A stretch of 64,000 nucleotides of DNA from Candidatus Woesearchaeota archaeon (lineage in GTDB: Archaea > Nanobdellota > Nanobdellia > Woesearchaeales > JAFCFN01). Under the pieces are notes generated by a model. It ran no database searches, had not been told where the DNA came from, and worked only from the letters and a program-made list of their open reading frames with translations. The position numbers and the translations under genes were made by a program. Shown here one piece after another: positions 9,509-18,757 of this stretch. Position 1 is the stretch's first letter. The number at the start of each line of letters is the position of its first letter. The stretch is taken from positions 295 through 64,294 of the forward strand of contig JAFCFN010000006.1 in NCBI GenBank assembly GCA_017608625.1, written 5' to 3'.

Positions 9509-10339
9509 ATGAAGATCGCTATAACGGGTGGGAAAGGAGGAACAGGCAAAAGTACAGTAGCAACAGCACTGGCGGTTGAGCTAGCGAAATCTAAAAAAGT
9601 TCTTCTAATGGATGCAGATACAGACTGCCCAAATGATCACTTAATTCTTTCAATAAAAAGAAAAAAGGAAAATGATATTTTTCAATTAATGCCAAAATGG
9701 GATTTCAGAAAATGCGTCAAATGTGGCAAATGTGCCCAAGTATGTAAAGAAAATGCCATTCTATTTGTAAAAGGAAAATATCCTATATTTGTTCCGGATT
9801 TATGCACTGGCTGTGGAGCTTGTATTTTGGCTTGTCCAACAAAAGCAATAAGCAAAGATAAACAAATAATAGGAACAATCTATTCTGGAACTGGTTATGG
9901 AGTTGATTTATTGACAGCAGAAATGAGAATTGGTTATGAGGAAGCCTCTCCAATTGTGAATGCCTTGAAGAAATTTTCTTCAAAAAAAGAAAAGAAATAT
10001 GATTATATCATTGTTGATACAGCAGCTGGAACTCACTGCAATGTGATCTCTGCTTTATTAGGATGTAATCTAGCAATAGTTGTTACAGAACCAACACCCT
10101 TAGCAGCAGCTGATTTGAATTTAATACTTCAGTTATGCAAAGTATTGAAAGTTCCCACTACTGTTGTTCTAAACAGATCAAATATTGGCAATAAACAACT
10201 CATTGAAAAGATAATTAGAAAATACAAAACAAAAATAATAGCAGAAATTCCATATAAAAAAGAAATCTTAGAAGCGTACTCAAGAGGGAAACCAATTAAA
10301 GATAAATCAATAACTCAAATTATAGAATCAATAAAATGA
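9509..10339 (+). CDS. MinD/ParA-superfamily P-loop ATPase with 4Fe-4S ferredoxin insert
   Basis: 'KIAITGGKGGTGKST' deviant Walker A; CxxCxxCxxxC clusters; ATG at 9509 preferred over track GTG 9479. Confidence 0.7.
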   Translation: MKIAITGGKGGTGKSTVATALAVELAKSKKVLLMDADTDCPNDHLILSIKRKKENDIFQLMPKWDFRKCVKCGKCAQVCKENAILFVKGKYPIFVPDLCTGCGACILACPTKAISKDKQIIGTIYSGTGYGVDLLTAEMRIGYEEASPIVNALKKFSSKKEKKYDYIIVDTAAGTHCNVISALLGCNLAIVVTEPTPLAAADLNLILQLCKVLKVPTTVVLNRSNIGNKQLIEKIIRKYKTKIIAEIPYKKEILEAYSRGKPIKDKSITQIIESIK

Positions 10340-10725
10340 AAGGGGTATACTGTTTAATAATGACTGTAAACGAAAACATTAATCCAAAAATAGGAGCACT
10401 AGGTAAAATAAAATTCAAAAAAGGAAACTATGTTTATGTGGGTTCTGCTCAAAATAATGTTGAAAAAAGAATAGCAAGACATAAAAGGAAAAACAAAAAG
10501 ATAAAGTGGCACATAGATCATTTACTCGCAAATCCAAATGTAAAAATAGAAAAAACTGTTTATAAGAAAGCAAATAAGCAAGAAGAATGCAGGATTGCTG
10601 GCTTGCTTAATAAATTCGGACAACCTATAAAAAATTTCGGTAGCTCTGATTGCTCTTGCTATTCCCATCTCTTCAAATTAAAATCATTAAAAGACCTAAA
10701 CAAACTAAAATTAAAGGAGATATAA
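10336..10725 (+). CDS. DUF123 (GIY-YIG-like) domain protein
   Basis: 'GNYVYVGSAQNN...RIARHKRK...KWHIDHL' DUF123 pattern. Confidence 0.5.
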   Translation: MKGVYCLIMTVNENINPKIGALGKIKFKKGNYVYVGSAQNNVEKRIARHKRKNKKIKWHIDHLLANPNVKIEKTVYKKANKQEECRIAGLLNKFGQPIKNFGSSDCSCYSHLFKLKSLKDLNKLKLKEI

Positions 10726-10923
10726 ATGGCATGTAAATGGATCGCTCTTTGTCCTTTGAGAAGGTTTGAAGAACAAGGAAAATTAGATAACAAATGGAAA
10801 AAACAATATTGTGAAAGTAGGAATAATTGGAAAAATTGTAAAAGATATCAGATGGAAGAGAAAGGAATAACCCATTCGGATAATATGCTTCCAGACGGGA
10901 CAATTGATGAAAATTTGAAGTGA
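10726..10923 (+). CDS. small Cys/Trp-rich protein, unknown
   Basis: 65 aa, coupled between DUF123 and MinD-ferredoxin genes. Confidence 0.3.
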   Translation: MACKWIALCPLRRFEEQGKLDNKWKKQYCESRNNWKNCKRYQMEEKGITHSDNMLPDGTIDENLK

Positions 10924-10927
10924 AAAG

Positions 10928-11803
10928 ATGAAAACAATCACAATACTTTCAGGAAAAGGAGGAGTTGGTAAAAGCAGTTTAACAGCTTCGCTAGCTGTGC
11001 TGCTAGCTAAAAAAAAGAAAATCATTACTGTTGACTGTGATGTTGATGCTCCTAATTTAGCTTTGGTTTTAGGAGTTAAGAAATTCAAAACAAAAGAAAA
11101 AATACAAACAAGTGAAAAAGCAAGGGTGATTACAAAAACATGCCCTGAATGTAAAAAAAATATTGATGTTTGTATTTTTGGAGCAATAGATTGGGATCAA
11201 AGAAATAGAAGGCCAATCATTAATAAATTTCTTTGTGAAGGTTGTGGAGCTTGTGAATTAGTATTTCCAAAAGGTACTGTAAAACTAGAAAAGGTGCAGA
11301 ATGCAACTATCAACACAGCAAAAACAAGCTATGGATTTCCAATTGTATCTGGCCAATTAAAAATGGGAGAATCAGGGAGTGGAAAAGTGGTTACTGCTGT
11401 AAAACAGAAGGCAGAAAAAATAGCAAAAAAAGAAAAAGCAGAGATAATGCTTGTTGATTCCTCCCCAGGAATAGGCTGTCCAGTGATTGCTTCTATTCAA
11501 GGTTCTGATTATGTTATTGCAATAACAGAACCAACACCAGCTGCATTAAATGATCTTCAAAGAGTACTCCAGGTTGTAGAGCATTTTAATATTCCTTATG
11601 GACTCGTTATTAATAAATGGGATGTTAATAAGGCATTTACAAAAAAGATAGAAAGGTTTGCTAAGGAATGCAAAATCCCGATACTTGGAAAATTACCTTA
11701 TGACAAAGCATTTGTTAATGCTTTGGTTAATTTGAAACCTGTTGTTGTTTATGATAAAAAATATCAGGATATCTTTTGTGAGATTTTTAAAAAATTAATT
11801 TAG
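10928..11803 (+). CDS. MinD/ParA-superfamily ATPase with 4Fe-4S ferredoxin insert (paralog)
   Basis: 'ILSGKGGVGKSS' Walker A; Cys clusters CPECKK...C, CEGCGAC. Confidence 0.7.
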   Translation: MKTITILSGKGGVGKSSLTASLAVLLAKKKKIITVDCDVDAPNLALVLGVKKFKTKEKIQTSEKARVITKTCPECKKNIDVCIFGAIDWDQRNRRPIINKFLCEGCGACELVFPKGTVKLEKVQNATINTAKTSYGFPIVSGQLKMGESGSGKVVTAVKQKAEKIAKKEKAEIMLVDSSPGIGCPVIASIQGSDYVIAITEPTPAALNDLQRVLQVVEHFNIPYGLVINKWDVNKAFTKKIERFAKECKIPILGKLPYDKAFVNALVNLKPVVVYDKKYQDIFCEIFKKLI

Positions 11804-11862
11804 AAGATAAATTTATAAACAACATAAAACGGATATAAATAAAAGATATCCAAAAAAAGAGA

Positions 11863-12687
11863 ATGATTCAAAAAGTAGTTATTGAGACAATCAGAATAAT
11901 CCTTATAGTTACTATTTTGATGACTCTTGTTGAGTGGCTTCAGATAAAATTCAAAGACAAGATAGAAAAGAATATTACTAGAAATAAAAAAAATCAAATA
12001 ATTGGTGCAAGCTTGCTGGGAGCTATTCCTGGATGTCTTGATGCCTTTTTCATAGTCAATTTATATTCTCATGGAGTGGTTGGTTTTGGCGCTTTAGTGG
12101 CTGTTATGCTTTCAACAGCAGGAGATGAAGCCTTTGTTATGTTAGCAATGATTCCAAAAAGCGCTTTTCTAATTTTTGCTGTATGCGCTGTTCTGGGAAT
12201 TGGGGGAGGGTTTCTTGCTGATATGATAGCCAAAAAAATTAAATTAAAAAGAGCAAAACCCTGTACTGTTATAATTCATAAAAAAGAAAAAACCAAACAC
12301 TTTTTGAAAGAACACGTATTAAATCATATACTCAAAAAACATATACCCAATCTTTTTCTGTGGGTGTTCTTTACTTTATTGATTGTTGAGATTGCAATGC
12401 AGCATTTTGATCTAACTGCAATCCTGCCTCAAAATAAACTGCTGTTGATTATGCTAGCTGCTTTGATTGGAATTATCCCAGAATCAGGCCCTCACTTGAT
12501 CTTCCTCACTCTATTTGCTCAAGGCTTAATTCCCTTTTCGGTTTTGCTGGTTTCCTCTCTTAGCCAGGATGGTCACGGCTTATTGCCCCTACTTTCGTAT
12601 TCTGTTAAAGATACCCTTAATGTTCAAATCTTTACAACTCTGTTTGCCTTAGTAATAGGGGGAATATTGTTTTTTATAGGATTATAA
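11863..12687 (+). CDS. polytopic membrane protein (possible metal/ion transporter)
   Basis: 8+ hydrophobic helices, no recognisable signature. Confidence 0.35.
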   Translation: MIQKVVIETIRIILIVTILMTLVEWLQIKFKDKIEKNITRNKKNQIIGASLLGAIPGCLDAFFIVNLYSHGVVGFGALVAVMLSTAGDEAFVMLAMIPKSAFLIFAVCAVLGIGGGFLADMIAKKIKLKRAKPCTVIIHKKEKTKHFLKEHVLNHILKKHIPNLFLWVFFTLLIVEIAMQHFDLTAILPQNKLLLIMLAALIGIIPESGPHLIFLTLFAQGLIPFSVLLVSSLSQDGHGLLPLLSYSVKDTLNVQIFTTLFALVIGGILFFIGL

Positions 12688-12703
12688 AAAAGGAGGTTAA
12701 AAA

Positions 12704-12988
12704 ATGTTGTCTCAAATACCAATTGATCTGAAGAAATTAGATAAAAAGAATATTGATAGAGAGATTTTGAGAGTAGGAATGATAGCAGAGTTGGATGCAG
12801 TAAATCTTTATGAACAGCTAGCAGCAATGACTCAGGATAAAAAAATAAAAGCAATTCTTTTAGATATTGCAAAAGAAGAGAAAACACATGTAGGAGAGTT
12901 TCAGGCATTATTATTAAAGAGAGATAAGGAACAAATCAAGGAATTAGAAGCTGGTAAAAAGGAAGTCGAAGATAAAGTTAAAGAGTAA
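12704..12988 (+). CDS. ferritin-like/rubrerythrin-like small protein
   Basis: 'ELDAVNLYEQLA' and 'EEKTHVGEF' diiron-type ExxH-like motifs. Confidence 0.45.
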   Translation: MLSQIPIDLKKLDKKNIDREILRVGMIAELDAVNLYEQLAAMTQDKKIKAILLDIAKEEKTHVGEFQALLLKRDKEQIKELEAGKKEVEDKVKE

Positions 12989-13024
12989 TCACAACTTTTA
13001 AATATTTTTGTTAATTTCCAAGGA

Positions 13025-14140
13025 ATGATGAAAAAGCAGTTAATCTTTGGATTATTGCTTCTATTTTTAATTAGTTTAATCCCTGTTACAGCTCAAGAAA
13101 CAAACGAGACAGACAAAATATGTATTTATTTTTTCTATGGGATTGGATGTCCTCACTGCGCTAGAGTTGAACCCTACATTGATGAATTAGAGAAAAATAC
13201 TAATGTTCATATACATAGATATGAAATCTATCAAAATAGATCGAATCTTTTACTTTTATTGCAATATTTTGAAAACTATAATGTTCCTGAAAATCAGAGA
13301 GGAGTGCCTGCTGTTTTTGTGGGAGACACATATTATGTTGGGGATAAGCCAATATTAGATAATTTACCAGCCAAGATCAAGGAGTTGGAAGAGGTATTAT
13401 GTGTTGCTGGAAAAATAAATGCAACAGGTGTCAGTGGAAATACAGCTCCTTTAGGCACACTAGCAACAATTCCTCTGTTAACTGTTATAGGTGCTGCTTT
13501 GGTTGATTCAATAAATCCATGTGCAATTGCAGTTTTATTAATACTATTAGCTGGTCTGATGGCAATAGGAAGCAAGAAAAAAGCAATAAAAGCAGGGTTG
13601 GCGTTCACTTTATCCATTTATATTGTTTATTTTTTATTTGGTTTAGGATTGTTTTCTGCTTTGCAGATAACTGGAATTGCTTATTATTTTTACAAGGTAA
13701 TTGGATTCTTGGCTATTTTCATTGGTTTAGCAAACATCAAAGATTACTTCTGGTATGGAAAAGGATTTTTGATGGAAATTCCAAGAACATGGAGGCCAAC
13801 ATTAAAGAAATTATTGAAATCAGTAACATCTGTATGGGGAGCGTTCTTAATTGGTTTTGTGGTTTGTTTGTTTGAACTTCCTTGTACAGGAGGCCCTTAT
13901 CTGTTTGTTCTTGGCTTGTTAGCTCAAAAAACAACTCAGCTACAAGCAATTCCAATATTGTTGTTGTATAATGTGTTCTTTATCCTTCCTTTGATTATAA
14001 TTAATCTTAGTGTTTACTATGGTTTGACATCAATAGAGAAAACAGAAGAATGGAAGGAAAAGAATATTAAAAAACTGCATTTATTTGCTGGAATTGTTAT
14101 GTTGACTTTAGGAGTTCTTGTGTTTAGTGGTTTGGTTTAA
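13025..14140 (+). CDS. thioredoxin-fold domain fused to CcdA/DsbD-type disulfide-transfer membrane domain
   Basis: signal peptide, 'GCPHC' thioredoxin motif, 'INPCAIAVLL' CcdA motif, 6 TM. Confidence 0.6.
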   Translation: MMKKQLIFGLLLLFLISLIPVTAQETNETDKICIYFFYGIGCPHCARVEPYIDELEKNTNVHIHRYEIYQNRSNLLLLLQYFENYNVPENQRGVPAVFVGDTYYVGDKPILDNLPAKIKELEEVLCVAGKINATGVSGNTAPLGTLATIPLLTVIGAALVDSINPCAIAVLLILLAGLMAIGSKKKAIKAGLAFTLSIYIVYFLFGLGLFSALQITGIAYYFYKVIGFLAIFIGLANIKDYFWYGKGFLMEIPRTWRPTLKKLLKSVTSVWGAFLIGFVVCLFELPCTGGPYLFVLGLLAQKTTQLQAIPILLLYNVFFILPLIIINLSVYYGLTSIEKTEEWKEKNIKKLHLFAGIVMLTLGVLVFSGLV

Positions 14141-14178
14141 ACACAAACTATATAAATTTCCCAATATAAAATTCTGTT

Positions 14179-14754
14179 ATGCGAGAGTTTATTTATTTTT
14201 CCAAAAGTGCAAGAACCAGTGGAAATTTTAAGGATTTGATGAAAGCTGGAAGAATGGATATTATGTGTCATGTTGTGATTGCTTCATTTTTTCTTTCTCA
14301 TAAATTAAGAGAGGATGTAAAATTACATCTTGTTTTCAATGGTCCTCCTGATCCTCCAAAGCATTTAGAGTTAGTTTCAAATTCTGCTATGAGAGAGTTT
14401 ATTAGCAAGAAAGATGTTGCTGGATTAATAAAAAGAATGCTTTTTAAGTATAAAAAAGGCAGGAAAGTTGAGGCATTTCCAGGATGTTTTATAGAAAAAA
14501 AGAGTTTTGGTGACTTAATTAGTGATCTAATTAAAGAAGGAAAAACAGTTTATTTGCTTGATGCCAAAGGAAAAGATATAAGACAAACTGAACTAAAAAA
14601 TGCTGTGTTTGTTTTTGGAGATCATGAAGGCTTGCCAAAAGCAGAGAAAAAGCTTTTGAAAAAGATAGCAAAGAAAATAAGCTTAGGAAAAGAAACATAT
14701 TTTGCATCTCAGGCCGTTGTTATCATGCACAATGAGTTGGATAGAAGGATTTAA
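14179..14754 (+). CDS. trmY: tRNA (pseudouridine54-N1)-methyltransferase TrmY (DUF358/SPOUT)
   Basis: 'MREFIYFSKSARTSGNF' N-terminus typical of archaeal TrmY. Confidence 0.65.
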   Translation: MREFIYFSKSARTSGNFKDLMKAGRMDIMCHVVIASFFLSHKLREDVKLHLVFNGPPDPPKHLELVSNSAMREFISKKDVAGLIKRMLFKYKKGRKVEAFPGCFIEKKSFGDLISDLIKEGKTVYLLDAKGKDIRQTELKNAVFVFGDHEGLPKAEKKLLKKIAKKISLGKETYFASQAVVIMHNELDRRI

Positions 14755-14779
14755 AAAAAGAGGTTGATTTATTTAGATT

Positions 14780-16198
14780 ATGGAAATAGATTATAAAAAA
14801 ATAGGCCTAAAAGCAGGTTTGGAAATTCATCAGCAGCTTGATACAAATAAATTATTCTGTTCGTGTCCTTCTGAATTAAGAGATGACAGACCAGATATAA
14901 TTGTCAAAAGAAAACTAAGGCCTGTTGCAGGAGAACTAGGTAGAGTAGATGTTGCTGCTGCGTATGAAAAATCTAAGAAAAAAACATTCATCTATGAGGC
15001 TTATTCTGATAGCACTTGTTTAGTTGAGTTGGATGAAGAACCACCACATCCTTTAAACAAAGAAGCTTTACAAATAGCTTTACAAATAGCTTTAATGTTG
15101 AATGCAAAACCTGTTGATATTATTCAGGTTATGAGAAAAACTGTTATTGATGGTAGCAATACTACTGGTTTTCAAAGAACAGCATTAATTGCAAGGAATG
15201 GTTATATTGAAACCTCTTCTGGTAGAGTTAGTATTCCAACTATTTGCTTGGAAGAGGATGCTGCAAGAAGAATAACTGAAACAAAAAGCACAGTGACATT
15301 TAGGTTAGATAGATTAGGAATTCCTTTAGTTGAGATAGCTACTGCTCCAGAAATACATTCTCCTGAGCAAGCAAAAGAGGTAGCTTCTTATATAGGCATG
15401 GTTTTAAGAAGTACAGGGAAAGTTAAAAGAGGAATAGGTACAATAAGACAAGATCTTAATTTATCAATAAAAGGAGGAGCAAGAGTTGAGATAAAAGGTG
15501 TTCAAGATTTAAATTCTATACCAAAAGTTATTGAGAAAGAGGTTTTAAGGCAATTAAATTTAATCAAAGCAGGTAAAAAAATAAAGCAGGAAGTAAGAAA
15601 GGCAAATGTTGATAATACTACTTCTTTCTTAAGACCAATGCCTGGAGCAGCAAGGATGTATCCTGAAACAGATATACCTCTTGTTAAGCCAGATATTAAG
15701 AATATTAAATTGCCAAAATTATTAACCGAGGAAGTAAAAGATATAGAAAAAAAATATGGATTAAGTAAAGAGCTTGCCCAACAAATAATAAAACACAGAA
15801 TTGATTTAGAAGAATATATTAGAAAATTTAAAAACATTCCTGCTAAGTTTATAGCAATAACTTTAATAGAAACTCCAAAAGAAATCAAAGCAAGATATGG
15901 TTTGGAGATTAAAGAGTTAGAAAAAAATTTAGAAATAATTTTTGATAAACTGAATAAGAATCAAATACCAAAAGATGCTGTTTTTGAGATTTTAGTTGAG
16001 ATAGCAAAAGGCAAAAAGGTAGATTATAGCAAATACAAAACCCTTTCTATAACAGATATCGAAAAAGAGATTAAAAAATTGGTAGAAGAGAAACCAGATT
16101 TAACAATAGGTGCATTAATGGGAATTATAATGGGGAGGTATAGGGGCAAGATTGATGGAAAGACTGCTATGGAGATCTTAAAGAGGTATAAAAAATGA
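14780..16198 (+). CDS. gatE: Glu-tRNA(Gln) amidotransferase subunit E-like (GatB/E family), compact
   Basis: 'GLKAGLEIHQQLDTNKLFCSCP' GatE N-terminal signature; only 472 aa. Confidence 0.6.
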   Translation: MEIDYKKIGLKAGLEIHQQLDTNKLFCSCPSELRDDRPDIIVKRKLRPVAGELGRVDVAAAYEKSKKKTFIYEAYSDSTCLVELDEEPPHPLNKEALQIALQIALMLNAKPVDIIQVMRKTVIDGSNTTGFQRTALIARNGYIETSSGRVSIPTICLEEDAARRITETKSTVTFRLDRLGIPLVEIATAPEIHSPEQAKEVASYIGMVLRSTGKVKRGIGTIRQDLNLSIKGGARVEIKGVQDLNSIPKVIEKEVLRQLNLIKAGKKIKQEVRKANVDNTTSFLRPMPGAARMYPETDIPLVKPDIKNIKLPKLLTEEVKDIEKKYGLSKELAQQIIKHRIDLEEYIRKFKNIPAKFIAITLIETPKEIKARYGLEIKELEKNLEIIFDKLNKNQIPKDAVFEILVEIAKGKKVDYSKYKTLSITDIEKEIKKLVEEKPDLTIGALMGIIMGRYRGKIDGKTAMEILKRYKK

Positions 16199-16695
16199 AA
16201 TTTAAACTAAATATTCCAAATTTACTGTCCTTAATAAGAATACTCTCTACGCCATTGTTTATTTTAGCCATTTTTCATTTGCCTAAACATCTGCTTGCAT
16301 GGATATTTTTAGTTATAGCAATAACAGATTTCTTAGATGGTTATATGGCAAGAAATCTTAAGCAAGTTACAAAATTTGGAAAAGTTTTGGATCCAGTAGC
16401 AGACAGGATATTTATGATAAGTTCTGTTATATTTTTATCTTTGGTTTTTGATACAAGACTTTTTATATTGCTTGGGAGAGAGTTAGTGGCTTTGCCAGGT
16501 TTTATAATTTTTCTTATTAAGAAAGCGTCAGTTGCAAGAATAAGTATCATAGGAAAAATAACAACATTTTTGCAGTCAATAACAGTCCCTGCTTTCTTAT
16601 TAGGATTTGATTTTGCTGGCTTGTTAATGATTATTACTGCTATTGTTGGTTCTTTTTCAGGTATTAAGTACACAATAAAAGCTATTAGAATTTGA
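16195..16695 (+). CDS. CDP-alcohol phosphatidyltransferase family protein
   Basis: 'DFLDGYMARNL...GKVLDPVADRI' D-G-x2-AR...G...D...D motif; membrane. Confidence 0.7.
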   Translation: MKFKLNIPNLLSLIRILSTPLFILAIFHLPKHLLAWIFLVIAITDFLDGYMARNLKQVTKFGKVLDPVADRIFMISSVIFLSLVFDTRLFILLGRELVALPGFIIFLIKKASVARISIIGKITTFLQSITVPAFLLGFDFAGLLMIITAIVGSFSGIKYTIKAIRI

Positions 16696-16696
16696 A

Positions 16697-16786
16697 CGGG
16701 CCTGAGGAGATTCGAACTCCTGACCTTTACCTATCTTCTATTTAAAGTAGGAGGGTACTGCTCTATCCAGACTGAGCTACAGGCCC
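16697..16786 (-). tRNA. tRNA-Arg(CCU) with 15-nt canonical anticodon-loop intron
   Basis: rc gives GGGCCTG-TA-GCTCAGTCTGGATAGAGC-A-GTACC-CTCCTA[intron]A-GGTAA-AGGTC-AGGAGTTCGAATCTCCT-CAGGCCC-G. Confidence 0.7.
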
Positions 16787-16819
16787 TTAAAGAAGAAGTG
16801 GGCTTTTGAATTTAAAAAT

Positions 16820-17458
16820 TTATTGAATTAAATTAATGATCTCATCAACAACAACATCAATTGGTCTATTTCCATCCAAGTTTTTTATCAAACCTCTCTG
16901 CTCATAAAACTCAATTAAAGGAGCTGTTTTTTTAGCATAAACCTTTAATCTTTCTTTAATAACTTTTGGTTTTTCATCCTCTCTTTGTATAAGCTCTCCA
17001 CCACATTTATCACAAATACCTTCTTGTTTTGGTTTTAGATTTATAATATGATATATTGCTCCACATTTTTTGCATGTTCTTCTCCCAGACATCCTTTCAA
17101 TTAAAACTTGCTCAGGAACAAGAAAATTAAGCACAAGGTCAATTTTTATTCCTGCTTTTTCCAATCCTTCTGCTTGAGCAATTGTTCTTGGAAAACCATC
17201 TAAAATAAAGCCTTTTTCGCAGTCAGGTTGTCTTAATCTTTCTAGAGTCATTTTTATTGTAATCTCATCAGGCACTAGCTCTCCTTTGTTTATGTATTGT
17301 TCTGCTAGTTTTCCTAGTTCTGTCTGTTTTTTAATATTCTCTCTAAAGATATCACCAGTAGAAATATGAGCTATGCCTAATTTGGCAGCAACTCTAGATG
17401 CATAAGTTCCTTTTCCAGCTCCCGGTGGACCCAGAAATATTAAGTTCATTTTATTCAC
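16820..17458 (-). CDS. adk: adenylate kinase (long, Zn-finger lid)
   Basis: 'GPPGAGKGT' P-loop, lid CKKCG...CDKCG. Confidence 0.9.
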   Translation of the reverse strand: MNKMNLIFLGPPGAGKGTYASRVAAKLGIAHISTGDIFRENIKKQTELGKLAEQYINKGELVPDEITIKMTLERLRQPDCEKGFILDGFPRTIAQAEGLEKAGIKIDLVLNFLVPEQVLIERMSGRRTCKKCGAIYHIINLKPKQEGICDKCGGELIQREDEKPKVIKERLKVYAKKTAPLIEFYEQRGLIKNLDGNRPIDVVVDEIINLIQ

Positions 17459-17969
17459 TTTTCATTGGCAGTGGAAAAATGTCTATAATTTTAGATTCTC
17501 TTAATATATCTTCAAGATCCTCTTCTACAGACTTGCTTTCTAATCTTGAGTTTTGAAGAAGTGTTAGATGATCCATAATGTACTGGTAATTTTCCTTGTA
17601 TTTTTTGTAGTATTTTTCATCTTTTCTAACAAAACCTTGTGATTTTGTAATTAAATCTGCTAGATGAGGTATTCTTTCTGTTTTGCGTATTCTCCCAAGA
17701 AAAGCTCCAATCTCTTTAGCTCCTATTACATACTTTTTCTTTTTGCCGAATTGTTGTTTATAATAATTTAAAACAGTATTAGCTATCATTTGAACATCCT
17801 CACCCCAATAGCCAGAAAAACACTGTGATAATTTCTCACATTTTTGATAGATAAGTTCAAGATTCTCTTTTGTTGGTTTTGCTAAAAAAGTTTTTTCAGC
17901 ATCTAAAAGGTTATCATAACGATATGAGATCTCTTCAGATCTTGCGAGATCTGTAAGTGCATCTGACAT
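17451..17969 (-). CDS. hypothetical protein
   Basis: 172 aa ORF overlapping adk start; no recognisable motif. Confidence 0.3.
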   Translation of the reverse strand: MSDALTDLARSEEISYRYDNLLDAEKTFLAKPTKENLELIYQKCEKLSQCFSGYWGEDVQMIANTVLNYYKQQFGKKKKYVIGAKEIGAFLGRIRKTERIPHLADLITKSQGFVRKDEKYYKKYKENYQYIMDHLTLLQNSRLESKSVEEDLEDILRESKIIDIFPLPMKSE

Positions 17970-17993
17970 TTTCCACCCCCTCTTAAAAAAATA

Positions 17994-18078
17994 AGCCTCA
18001 GGAGGGATTTGAACCCTCGACCTGCTGATTTCTAGCAGAGCTACAAGTCAGCTGCTCTGGCCACTGAGCTACTGAGGC
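17994..18078 (-). tRNA. tRNA-Thr(UGU) with ~12-nt anticodon-loop intron
   Basis: rc gives GCCTCAG-TA-GCTCAGTGGCCAGAGC-A-GCTGA-CTTGTA[GCTCTGCTAGAA]A-TCAGC-AGGTC-GAGGGTTCAAATCCCTC-CTGAGGC-T. Confidence 0.75.
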
Positions 18079-18119
18079 ATAAAGACATTATAAAAAGAAA
18101 AAGATATTCTTTATAAAGT

Positions 18120-18680
18120 TTACCAAGTTGAAGGATGTATTGTGTCAGCTGCTTGTGCCCAAAGTTTTAGACCTAAATATTTCTTAATTGTTCCTTGAAG
18201 TCTCATAAGATCTCTATAAAAATCTCTTTCCATTGCTTCTAATTGTTTTTTGAGTAATCTCTCTCTTAGGAATTTTTCAAACAAACCTAGAATAGGATGT
18301 TTTTCAATTTTGTTTAGATAATCTGTTTCAATTGTACCAGTAACCATTACTTCAACTTCACCTGAATTAATCTCAACTTTTTTGCCTTTATAGATTGTTT
18401 CTGCAGATTTTAGACCAAGGCAATGATATTTTATTTCAATTTTTTTCTTGTAATATTTGGAACCAAAAGGAATGTTCTCTGTTTCCCACCAAATCCAAAT
18501 TTCTTTTCCAGCAGGAGTTTCTTTTTCAAGATAAAGTTTTTCAATATACTCTTCTCCTCCTAAAGAATCAGTGAATCCCTCTTCAATTAACCACTCATGC
18601 AATAATTTATAAAGACCTTCCATTGAGAAATATTTTTTATATTTAACACTAAAATCTGCTACCACTATTTCTTTTCCCAT
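18120..18680 (-). CDS. hypothetical protein
   Basis: 186 aa, no recognisable motif. Confidence 0.3.
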   Translation of the reverse strand: MGKEIVVADFSVKYKKYFSMEGLYKLLHEWLIEEGFTDSLGGEEYIEKLYLEKETPAGKEIWIWWETENIPFGSKYYKKKIEIKYHCLGLKSAETIYKGKKVEINSGEVEVMVTGTIETDYLNKIEKHPILGLFEKFLRERLLKKQLEAMERDFYRDLMRLQGTIKKYLGLKLWAQAADTIHPSTW

Positions 18681-18757
18681 ATTTTTAGATTTGTTTTATT
18701 TATTTATAAATATTTCGTATAGAAAGGTTTTTAAAATATGGAAACTTCAAAAAGGAA

